Shown: positions 33,855 to 42,513 of the stretch, piece by piece
Numbering within the stretch: position 1 is the first letter of the stretch
How the letters are laid out: each line of letters opens with the position of its first letter
Made by a program: the position numbers and the translations under genes
Source of the DNA: Eubacteriales bacterium
Lineage (GTDB): Bacteria; Bacillota; Clostridia; Oscillospirales; CAG-272
Assembly: GCA_045644325.1 (NCBI GenBank)
Contig: JAZRGT010000031.1
Coordinates: forward strand, 3,952 to 67,951
Direction of reading: 5' to 3'
DNA length: 64,000 bases
Notes under the pieces: model-generated
Databases searched by the model: none
What the model saw: the letters and a program-made list of their open reading frames with translations, nothing else
Told to the model about the DNA's origin: nothing

Positions 33855-35801
33855 TTAATTGCTTTTACATAGCTTATTTAAGCTTTCATTATAATCCCAA
33901 TGATGCCCGAAGCTTAATTCGAGAAACCAAACTGAGCTATCTACTGTAATATTATCACCAAAAACTATTTCTCTTAAATCTAAAGGATAAAGGTTATATA
34001 GCTTCCTTACAGCCTCCTCATTAAGCTTTACCATTCCCAAATCACCGCAAACTATCAATCTTTTAGGATGGTAGTTGGAGCCGTCGACGCGATATAATTG
34101 CTGACCGTTATTTAAGAGATTAGCATCTTGCGAATTCAAACAGATACATACTGTATCTTCACAAGAACATTTTTTGATATGATAGGTTTGTAAGCGCTTC
34201 GAGCCATCAAAGCGGATCTCTAATTTCGGATCGTCTACCGGAATAGTTGTAATACGCGAGAAGGAATTCTTTTCTACGGCAAACTGACAACAGGTACAAA
34301 CGTAATGCTCCTCACCCGACATTCTCTTAAAATCCGTACTACGCCCGCACCGCGGGCAAACAGCTATTTCCGAAATCACAAAATCGACCTCGTTTGTCGG
34401 AGTCACTCTGACTGCGTTAAGATAATCAAGGGCGTTAGTCAGTTGGTCAATACTGTCCATCTGATTAACGATCTTTGTAACCATAACCTTGACTTCGCCA
34501 ACCTCGCTATGTGTCTGTTTTACAGATTCGTACATATCAAGCAACAGCTTCTTGTTCTCTTGGTCGAGCGAACGGATCGCGTCGGTTACCTTCTTCAAAA
34601 GCTCTGCTGAGGAAATATCATCATTATTCTTACCGTTGCGAAGCTCGTTTAAAATCTTATCGAGCCTTTTATTGATATTATTCTCGCTCTTTTTGAGAAG
34701 ATCGTTGACAGAATAAACGATCTCTTGCTGTTGATTATTGATATCTCGCTTAAAGGCTTCAAAATATTCCACGCCGACGATCTTACCAGCTAGCATTTTC
34801 ATTTCCTTTATATGCTTTTCACCGATATCGTTGCCAACGTGCCGAATCTCCCGAAGTACCGCTTCAAACTTTTCCTTTATTTCATCATCCTTAACAGACT
34901 CAATAATACTGAAAGTTTCACCGCAGCTGAGGCAATGAACATTGTTGTCACTGTCTTTGTAAACGTTTCTTCCGGTTGCTTGGCATGCGGGACACTCAAG
35001 ACGAAAATAGCAAAACGGATCTGTTTTGGCTATATGGTCGATCTTGATTTCCGAAAAGCTTTTTCCGGTCTGCTCGCAAATCTGCTCCATATAGTTAAAC
35101 GCAGGCTTGAGAGTTTTAATAAGATTGTCGTTTCCCTCTTCTATCATATGCTGAATGATCTTTATCATATCCTGGTCTTTTGAGCTCATTCTGAGATATT
35201 TTAACTCATATACCTGATTATGGATAAGGTCTAACAGTCCTCGAACTGCCTTAGGTGTTTTATCCAATTCTACTCCAAGCAAATCTAGGCAAATATCTTC
35301 TTTTTTTACATTCAGACTTTTATTTTGAGCATCATCTGTTTGTTTTGCCACTTCGTCAAGCACTTTATCAATAGCCTTTTTGAAGGTTCTGATCATTTCG
35401 TCGGCTTCCGAATCGGTCATAACATCAATCCTATTCAACCATCCCAAAATATCACCTTCCGAAAGCTCAAGCATACGGTTGAACTTTTTGGACATCTTCT
35501 TTGACATCCGGGTATAATCAAGTCTATCGATGAACTCCGCAAGCTGATCTTTTTGCTTGGAATTCAGCTCATTGATATAATCAATAAGCTCTCTAAAAAG
35601 TTTTTTTCTTGCCTTGAACTTATTGGTGAAGAAGAAGGTACCGTCAGGAAAGACCCGTTGAACCACGCTCTCCATAAATTCCTCACCCGCACCGCCTGCA
35701 ACGGATTCTATAAGCTCGCCTACGATATTCCCCGCCACCGCCTTAGCTTTTTTAAGCCAAGTACAAGAAATAAAGATTAATAAATATTCTACAATTTCCA
35801 T
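33855..35801 (-). CDS. Large helical protein with two zinc ribbons (648 aa)
   Basis: CPACQATGRNVYKDSDNNVHCLSCGE and CPRCGRSTDFKRMSGEEHYVCTCCQF are embedded in long helical regions. A GAGGATG ribosome-binding site is present. Confidence 0.6.
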   Translation of the reverse strand: MEIVEYLLIFISCTWLKKAKAVAGNIVGELIESVAGGAGEEFMESVVQRVFPDGTFFFTNKFKARKKLFRELIDYINELNSKQKDQLAEFIDRLDYTRMSKKMSKKFNRMLELSEGDILGWLNRIDVMTDSEADEMIRTFKKAIDKVLDEVAKQTDDAQNKSLNVKKEDICLDLLGVELDKTPKAVRGLLDLIHNQVYELKYLRMSSKDQDMIKIIQHMIEEGNDNLIKTLKPAFNYMEQICEQTGKSFSEIKIDHIAKTDPFCYFRLECPACQATGRNVYKDSDNNVHCLSCGETFSIIESVKDDEIKEKFEAVLREIRHVGNDIGEKHIKEMKMLAGKIVGVEYFEAFKRDINNQQQEIVYSVNDLLKKSENNINKRLDKILNELRNGKNNDDISSAELLKKVTDAIRSLDQENKKLLLDMYESVKQTHSEVGEVKVMVTKIVNQMDSIDQLTNALDYLNAVRVTPTNEVDFVISEIAVCPRCGRSTDFKRMSGEEHYVCTCCQFAVEKNSFSRITTIPVDDPKLEIRFDGSKRLQTYHIKKCSCEDTVCICLNSQDANLLNNGQQLYRVDGSNYHPKRLIVCGDLGMVKLNEEAVRKLYNLYPLDLREIVFGDNITVDSSVWFLELSFGHHWDYNESLNKLCKSN

Positions 35802-35815
35802 ATCATCCTCGCTTT

Positions 35816-37063
35816 TTATTCAAATGCTATGATATAATCAGCAATCTCGGGATTTATAGAGCGACAATCCCAAACAAGCTCTTCCGGTACCCTAAAAGTT
35901 ATATTATCAGGAAGAGAGCTTATATCCTCAACGACTATTTTGGTTGGATAGGGACTGCGAAGCACAATAGCGGTTACCGTGCTTTCTTCAATACTGCCTT
36001 TAATATGTATTTCGGGCGCATACACCTCGACGATCCGTACTGCAGAACCGTCAAAAGCTCCTGCTTCAATGGAAGCGATCGACTCGGGTAATACAACGGT
36101 TTTGATCGCGGTTGCGTCGCGGAAGGCTCCCGGACCAACCGCTGTTACCTTTATCTTTGTTTTTACGGTGGGATCAATTTTGTATATATGCTTCAAAATC
36201 AAGGAGTTGATATCGTTGATGGGTTTGATTATATCCACTCTACCCTTAAGCACGTCATCCTGAATAAAGATCAGAATATCACTTGTCATCTTTGCATCGT
36301 TGGTTAAAGTATCATTGACTGTGTATATTTCCTTCTCACCCAAAGGCAGTAGGTCCTTTGCTGTCAAAAACACACCGTTGAAAGTTGCGCTTCTTTCGCC
36401 CTGAGTATCCGTGATCTCGTATGTAGCAAAGCGTGAGTATAAATCGCGGTCGCACCATGTGTCGGCACACTCTACGGCATTCATATTGGGAGTTAATGCA
36501 AACGGTATAAATAAGATGACCCAAACAAAGCAAACAGCCAACATTCCCGTTTGCTTTGCTATACTCAAGTTACTACTTTTGGTACTGGTAGGGAGATTAA
36601 GCACGTATAAAACAAACAACAATAGCGAAGTAAATGTGTGGCAAGGAAGTAAAGCAACAACGATAATACCAAAGTACAAAGCAAGTTCGCACAGAATAAT
36701 AATATACATCGTTCGGAAATGCATTATTCTGAAAATTGTCAGGATCAAGCAGATGCATACGGTGAACGATATCAAAACAACCAAAGCGATAAGTGACAAG
36801 CTTAAGGTACGATCGACAGCAAAACCGCTATACAAGGCGTGTGATAACAAAATCAGTATTGAAAATGCTATACAAATAAACCATCTGGAACACAAAATGG
36901 CACCGGAAACTTTGCACCTGTTGATTTCTTTTGTTAATTTGGCGTTTTTTCTACGCTCTCTCTCCAATACTCGATTATATTGGATTTGTTGTCCAGCAGC
37001 CTCTTTGCTGACTATTACACTTGGAGATTCGTACTGCTTCAGATCAAGCAAATAATTACTCAT
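35816..37063 (-). CDS. Polytopic membrane protein (5-6 TM) with a C-terminal BspA-type leucine-rich-repeat region
   Basis: The start is placed at the ATG at 37063, 8 nt after GGAGG, and overlaps the upstream stop (ATGAGTAA). Hydrophobic segments run from ILCSRWFICIAFSILILL onward. The C-terminus carries VGPGAFRDATAIKTVVLPESIASIEAGAFDGS. Confidence 0.65.
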   Translation of the reverse strand: MSNYLLDLKQYESPSVIVSKEAAGQQIQYNRVLERERRKNAKLTKEINRCKVSGAILCSRWFICIAFSILILLSHALYSGFAVDRTLSLSLIALVVLISFTVCICLILTIFRIMHFRTMYIIILCELALYFGIIVVALLPCHTFTSLLLFVLYVLNLPTSTKSSNLSIAKQTGMLAVCFVWVILFIPFALTPNMNAVECADTWCDRDLYSRFATYEITDTQGERSATFNGVFLTAKDLLPLGEKEIYTVNDTLTNDAKMTSDILIFIQDDVLKGRVDIIKPINDINSLILKHIYKIDPTVKTKIKVTAVGPGAFRDATAIKTVVLPESIASIEAGAFDGSAVRIVEVYAPEIHIKGSIEESTVTAIVLRSPYPTKIVVEDISSLPDNITFRVPEELVWDCRSINPEIADYIIAFE

Positions 37064-39467
37064 TGCATATACCTCCATACGTCACTCTATCGTTTTCTTT
37101 GTAGAATAAGTAAGTGTCTCCTTCGTAAACAGATATCGTGAATTCATACGTAATCTTTTTCTCAAGAACAGCAACGTGCTTGAATTCTATCGTTATATTT
37201 CGATCAAAATCATTGTTTCGTATGCTCTTACGGACGCAAGATCTATCCGCTAAAGTCAAATAAGGGAGATACTTCTTGATATTTTTCTTAACGTGGTTCT
37301 CAAGATGATGCTTTGCCCGGGTTTGAGTATTTTCGCGCTTGTTCAGATAATCCAGAACTTTGGAGTAGATCTCCTCTGCTTTCTTTTTCTCGGAATCATA
37401 CTTATCATCGCATTCGGTCGCACAATTCGGACAAAATATTAATCTGAACGGAGATGCATCGGATTTGCATTTATCCACGCAAGAGGGGCATATTATTCTG
37501 TCGCAAGAAGAACATCTGCGAAATTTCTCATAGGAGAGTTTATCATAATACTTCGCCTTGCCGCACACAACGCAATGGAATACCAGCCCAGGATATTTCG
37601 CATCATCCAGCACGTACTGCTTCATTCCATCGTCGCTCTCTACCTCAAACAGCTTCAGTTCACCGTCGCACCCCTGAATAATATCTTTGGAGAGGCAATT
37701 ACGGCACGCCAACTCGCCTTTATTAACGACCTTCGGACGTAACGCAGAGATCTTGCTGTTTGTAGCACATCTCGAACAAACGCGGCTTTGGCAGATTTGG
37801 CATCTGTTGTCTTCGGACTTGTTATCGTGTAAAACAGCCTGTCCGCAGTTAGCACATGTAAATACATTGCCGTTTTTTTCAATAGGAAGAAAACCGTTTG
37901 TATCAACAAGGGCGTAAACCGTGCCCGATCTATTACCGCAAATGACGTTTTCGGTCTTTTGATATGTATAAGCACCGCGGGAAAATCTGTCTTGACAGTT
38001 ATCACAAGAATGTTTGCCGTCAAGCAAGATATGAGAAGCAAGGTAAGCATCCTTTTGCTTTTCCGAAGAATAGTAGATCGTTCTTCCACAGATCTCACAC
38101 GTAAAGCTGTGGACGCCCGAGGTATATATATCACCGAATTCAATCTTTTGGTCCTTCAGATAATATGCTGCTGAGAAATGTTCATAATAGTGGTATTTTC
38201 CTGTAAGAGGACATTTGCGACACTCACTCTTAAGCCGAAAATTATTATCGACAAAAAACACATCCTTAATGTAAAAATGCTTGGTAACGCCGTTTCTTTC
38301 AACACCGACCGCATAATTATTAATTGCCCGTACCTGATTTTCCCCATTAGCAAGAGTTGCTACAAAATTGGGGTCTTTAAGAGTCCATTTATCCGGGATG
38401 ATCTTGATGCCTTTGCCGTTTTTTTCAACCTTGTGCGCCAGCACAAGCGATCCGAAATCATTGATCGGATATTCATTCGGTATGTTAGTCAAGCCTTCGA
38501 ATTTATAGGTTGGCTCTTGATTTTTTAATTGGCTCTCAGACAAATAGAGATAAAGCTGAGTGGTGACTTCAAATGCCCCCAAGCTGCTTCGCCAGATCAC
38601 AGAAAGGTCGCCTATCTCTCGGTTGCACGAAAAACGATACACATACTTTTTATCATTAACAGCATCAATCAAAAGTGCACAGGGCTTTACCGTCAGCTGA
38701 CCGACCTTTGCATCCTCCTGAATTGAAACGCGCCCGAGAAATTGACAAAATTGAGAGCTCTCGGATGCAGCAAGCACGCTCAACATTTTTTGGATATTTT
38801 CACGACGGCAGCTTTCGTTGGCGCTTTCACCCGGAAGCTGACCGTTCAGAATGAAATTCAATATTTCACTCGCTTGATTTTGTGCCGCACCCTGCTTCAA
38901 AAGCTTTTCAGCATCCAATTCCGATTCAGAGAATGTACTACGCTCGTCCTTATCAATATGCTTGTGCGTATAGACGGTTGAGCCCTCTCCGTTTTCATAT
39001 TTCATATCTACGGTCAAATAATCAACCATTCTTTCGTAGATATCTCCAACTGCTGCAACGATTTCCACCTCGATCTCGTAATGAGAGAAAAACCAATCAA
39101 CGCCGTGTTCAGCCTCCTTCGGTGGATCACTTATACTGATTTCTCCGTGGGTTCGGTTGCCGAACAGCTTATTATTCAAAAGATCTTTTTCAGGCGGTAT
39201 GGTGTTGTATTGAACATAATAACAGCTGTAATCCTTCTTGACCTTATCCATCAATCGGGTTATAAATCTTGAGGCACGAATGGCACGCTCGGCGTTGGGG
39301 TGTTGTTCCGAATCGGGATTTTCCCCAAAGCATATCTCATAATGAATATCATCGAGATAGCAGGAAACGTAGTTGCTATTTTCTTGGTAATCCGTAACAA
39401 GATTTTCTTCTTTCGCCGCCTTCAATAATTCATATATCTGTTTTTCTTGATCGGTTAGAATAATCAT
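37056..39467 (-). CDS. Cys-rich multi-zinc-ribbon protein (803 aa)
   Basis: The start is placed at the ATG at 39467, one nt after the SNF2 stop (TGAAATG). At least nine CxxC pairs are present, including CRKCPLTG, CEICGRT, CDNCQDR, CANCGQ, CQICQSRVCSRC, CRNC, CVVCGK, CSSCDRIICPSC and CPNCATEC. Confidence 0.65.
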   Translation of the reverse strand: MIILTDQEKQIYELLKAAKEENLVTDYQENSNYVSCYLDDIHYEICFGENPDSEQHPNAERAIRASRFITRLMDKVKKDYSCYYVQYNTIPPEKDLLNNKLFGNRTHGEISISDPPKEAEHGVDWFFSHYEIEVEIVAAVGDIYERMVDYLTVDMKYENGEGSTVYTHKHIDKDERSTFSESELDAEKLLKQGAAQNQASEILNFILNGQLPGESANESCRRENIQKMLSVLAASESSQFCQFLGRVSIQEDAKVGQLTVKPCALLIDAVNDKKYVYRFSCNREIGDLSVIWRSSLGAFEVTTQLYLYLSESQLKNQEPTYKFEGLTNIPNEYPINDFGSLVLAHKVEKNGKGIKIIPDKWTLKDPNFVATLANGENQVRAINNYAVGVERNGVTKHFYIKDVFFVDNNFRLKSECRKCPLTGKYHYYEHFSAAYYLKDQKIEFGDIYTSGVHSFTCEICGRTIYYSSEKQKDAYLASHILLDGKHSCDNCQDRFSRGAYTYQKTENVICGNRSGTVYALVDTNGFLPIEKNGNVFTCANCGQAVLHDNKSEDNRCQICQSRVCSRCATNSKISALRPKVVNKGELACRNCLSKDIIQGCDGELKLFEVESDDGMKQYVLDDAKYPGLVFHCVVCGKAKYYDKLSYEKFRRCSSCDRIICPSCVDKCKSDASPFRLIFCPNCATECDDKYDSEKKKAEEIYSKVLDYLNKRENTQTRAKHHLENHVKKNIKKYLPYLTLADRSCVRKSIRNNDFDRNITIEFKHVAVLEKKITYEFTISVYEGDTYLFYKENDRVTYGGICNE

Positions 39468-39468
39468 T

Positions 39469-42240
39469 TCACTTCTCCGCAGGAGCCTTTCCAAACTCCG
39501 GTATCTTACATAGTTCTCTGATCATATTCTTTACATACTCTTGATCCTTACGATGGTAGAAAAACTCCATCAATTCGGAAAAACTGTATTTTTGGAAAAG
39601 AATCGTATTGGTAAGTTTCATCTTTTTGAAGAACATATTACAATCGCTCTGCTTTTTAAGCTCCACAATCTTTGCGCGCAAAATGTCCACGATAATAGGC
39701 TGAAGAAAGGCGATGTCGGGGGTATTATTACCGTAAAGATCCAAGCCCTGAGGATCGGCAAGAATTTCATAGTACCATTTAAGAAATTCGCTGTCCGGAT
39801 TTTTCGACGGATCTTTCATAATAGTAGTGAGTATAGTAATTATTCTGCACTCCTTCACCTGACCGGTTCTGTGAACGCGTCCGATCCACTGTTCAATATC
39901 AACAGGCTCGAGCAATCGCTCGCCTTTTATATCCATATGAGCAAAAATGAAGGTAGAATAATCCTGATAATTGATTCCCGCCCGCTGCTGTTCATTGACT
40001 ATAGCTATCTGGTTGTAATTTTTATCGGCAACCCGTTCTTCTTGCGCTTGATTGTCGTAAACAACATTATGAGCTCGGCTGGCTTGATCGTTTTCATACT
40101 TATAATGCGTTGCCATACATTTTCCTATCATACTGCGTGACATCTTATCCTGAAATACCGAATCACTCAGATAGCAGAGTATAGCATCGCGGCACAAACC
40201 GCTGATAAAGGGATCTATCGCTTGGTAGATCAAAAAGTTACGCATTTCACTTGCCTCAGCGCAACCCTCAAGCAAATTTTCAAATGATGCAATGACAAAG
40301 CCATTCTCGGACATAAGATTCTTCATATCGTTTATCCCGAAGTTGTTCATTTGTAAAGATCTTCTTACCGAGCTTAAATACTTTACCAAAAGAATTGCCT
40401 TTGCTGCACGCTTTTTTGAGTCGCTGTCCATCAGATTACAAAGTTCGGGATCGTTAATGTTAGCGTCAAAAGCTATTCCTCGTTTTCCTCTTCTGTTCCA
40501 GTTGACTACAGAATACGCTTTGTTCAACTGCTCCTTATCTGTTATTTTTTCAGATTTAAGCACACTCATGATAACAGCATCTATAGCGGCTCTCAGATAC
40601 AATTCGTCATATTCATCAACAAATTCGCCTTTGCTCCACCGATTGTAAGTCTCCTTTGCCTTTTTCGTTGCCGTTTCGTTATCATACATATCCTGCTTAT
40701 ACATCATAGTGAGTTTCTTTTCGATGCTTGCATCAAGAGCTTTAAGGAAGCCAGATCCTATTGCCGCAGCTATATCTGAATATAACGGCAATTTTCCTTC
40801 AGCCAAACCTGTCATATCATCGGAAACGCTATTAATACGCTTTCTGGTAAAGAAGCTGTTTATGACACCGAAAAAGGTATTTTTTCTCGCTTTATTATCT
40901 TCATCGGCAAATATATCGTTAAGAGGATTAAGCTTGGCAGGCGATACACGGCATATTGTATTATAGAAATACTTGTATGCCTCATCCTTGTTCATACCAA
41001 ATCGTTTGCGGTCAACCATATAAACAAGATCAAATACGTCCTCAAGCGCGGTTCTTATGGGAGTGGCACTTAAAAGAACGCAGAACTTCTTCTCAAAGTT
41101 CGCAATAATATCCATTGTACTCTTTTGACGTTTGCGAAAAGTTTCGATTGTAATATTCGCATAATCAGATTCGTAAAAAGAATGTATTTCGTCAATGATC
41201 ATCAAGTCAATAGTGGGATCGGCAACAGTCTGTGGCCCCACTGACCAAATATTATTCAGATCATACCTTGTAATCCGCGCGTAAAGTTCATCCCACGTAC
41301 GCTTTTGCCCCTCAAACTCTTTGATATAATGATTTAATTCATCAACGAGAGTCCTCTGATGCTCTTTGTCCATATTTTTCGAAGGAATATTTCTCACTCT
41401 ATCTCTCGTTGCTTTTAGCAGCTTTATTGTTTCTTCCAACTTCTGTTCAGACATACTGCTGTCAGAAAACAATGTTCTTATTCTTCCGGGGTCATTGTAT
41501 CCAAAATAACAAAGTATATTTTGAATGGTTACAACGGGTGTCGTCAAGTCTATGCGATCAAGCTTTTCTTTGAGTTCATTCAAAAAAGCTCTGTCACGGG
41601 GTTTAATATTATCTTTGTATTTACAATTATTGAAATCACTTAATTGTTCTCTTACTTGCTTAAGATCCTTGGTGAGCATAGCATCTGTAATAATATAGAT
41701 ATCGTTCTCACCACGGTTTCTATCTTTTTTGTTATTTGCCATCTCACCAAAGGTAGCCATAAGATGCTCAACTTCGTTTCCTGCGGCATACTTGGTACGA
41801 TCGTGAACAGTAAACAGCTTGGGAAATTTTTCTTCAATTTCTTTAATCCAATCATCTTTGGTTCTTTCGGGGACAACTAAAAGCACGTTTCTTATAGCTC
41901 CGCTTTCAAACATAGCATGCGCAGTCATAAGAGCCTCCACTGTCTTTCCGAGGCCTACTTGATCACCGAAAACACCGCGTCCCTCAAAACGGTTGAGCAT
42001 CGCGTTAACATTTTCCACCTGATATTTAAACGGAATGAAGGGATAATCTTTCGCGAGTAATGCGACTTCAACATCACCAAAAAACTTTTGACCTTTTACC
42101 TCTCTCGCAGCGTCAAGAAGATTCTTGAGCTTGGGATCATAAGTTTTTGGATTTTCTGTATCAATGCCCGAAGCGACTTCATTTGAAATACGAAAAACTA
42201 TATTTTGCGCCTCGAAAATCATTTCATCGTTGTTATTCAT
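39469..42240 (-). CDS. SNF2/Rad54-family helicase-like ATPase (first gene of the operon)
   Basis: Motif I DQVGLGKT, motif Ia LVVPERTKDDW, motif II IIDEIH, motif III LLSATPIRT, and motif VI WIGRVHRTGQ. Confidence 0.85.
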   Translation of the reverse strand: MNNNDEMIFEAQNIVFRISNEVASGIDTENPKTYDPKLKNLLDAAREVKGQKFFGDVEVALLAKDYPFIPFKYQVENVNAMLNRFEGRGVFGDQVGLGKTVEALMTAHAMFESGAIRNVLLVVPERTKDDWIKEIEEKFPKLFTVHDRTKYAAGNEVEHLMATFGEMANNKKDRNRGENDIYIITDAMLTKDLKQVREQLSDFNNCKYKDNIKPRDRAFLNELKEKLDRIDLTTPVVTIQNILCYFGYNDPGRIRTLFSDSSMSEQKLEETIKLLKATRDRVRNIPSKNMDKEHQRTLVDELNHYIKEFEGQKRTWDELYARITRYDLNNIWSVGPQTVADPTIDLMIIDEIHSFYESDYANITIETFRKRQKSTMDIIANFEKKFCVLLSATPIRTALEDVFDLVYMVDRKRFGMNKDEAYKYFYNTICRVSPAKLNPLNDIFADEDNKARKNTFFGVINSFFTRKRINSVSDDMTGLAEGKLPLYSDIAAAIGSGFLKALDASIEKKLTMMYKQDMYDNETATKKAKETYNRWSKGEFVDEYDELYLRAAIDAVIMSVLKSEKITDKEQLNKAYSVVNWNRRGKRGIAFDANINDPELCNLMDSDSKKRAAKAILLVKYLSSVRRSLQMNNFGINDMKNLMSENGFVIASFENLLEGCAEASEMRNFLIYQAIDPFISGLCRDAILCYLSDSVFQDKMSRSMIGKCMATHYKYENDQASRAHNVVYDNQAQEERVADKNYNQIAIVNEQQRAGINYQDYSTFIFAHMDIKGERLLEPVDIEQWIGRVHRTGQVKECRIITILTTIMKDPSKNPDSEFLKWYYEILADPQGLDLYGNNTPDIAFLQPIIVDILRAKIVELKKQSDCNMFFKKMKLTNTILFQKYSFSELMEFFYHRKDQEYVKNMIRELCKIPEFGKAPAEK

Positions 42241-42271
42241 ATCAGGACCTCATTGCTTAATAATTAATTTT

Positions 42272-42300
42272 ATTATAACATAAAAGGATCAAAAAAGCAA
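42272..42300 (-). promoter_or_regulatory. Promoter of the 13-gene operon
   Basis: The minus strand reads TTGCTT-17 nt-TGtTATAAT, about 30 nt upstream of the SNF2 start. Confidence 0.6.
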
Positions 42301-42513
42301 CGGATTTGTCGTTTTTTGTTTCTGAATTCACCTAATTAAACGCCACAAAACCAAACTCAACTTTCATAAATTTCAGCCTTGCAATCCCCATATCCCGTTC
42401 GGCATTTTCCGCATTATTCATATTAGCACACGTATTTGTGTTCTCAAATGCCCGTCATACATACGCCAAAACGGCAAGGACTTTCGTCCTTGCCGTTTGG
42501 ATTATATATGATA

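Noticed and set aside
20700-42300. Prophage or integrative conjugative element
   Set aside because: I recognised no integrase, terminase, capsid or tail genes, relaxase, type IV secretion genes, tRNA, or att-like direct repeats. Only a PcfJ-like gene hints at a mobile origin.
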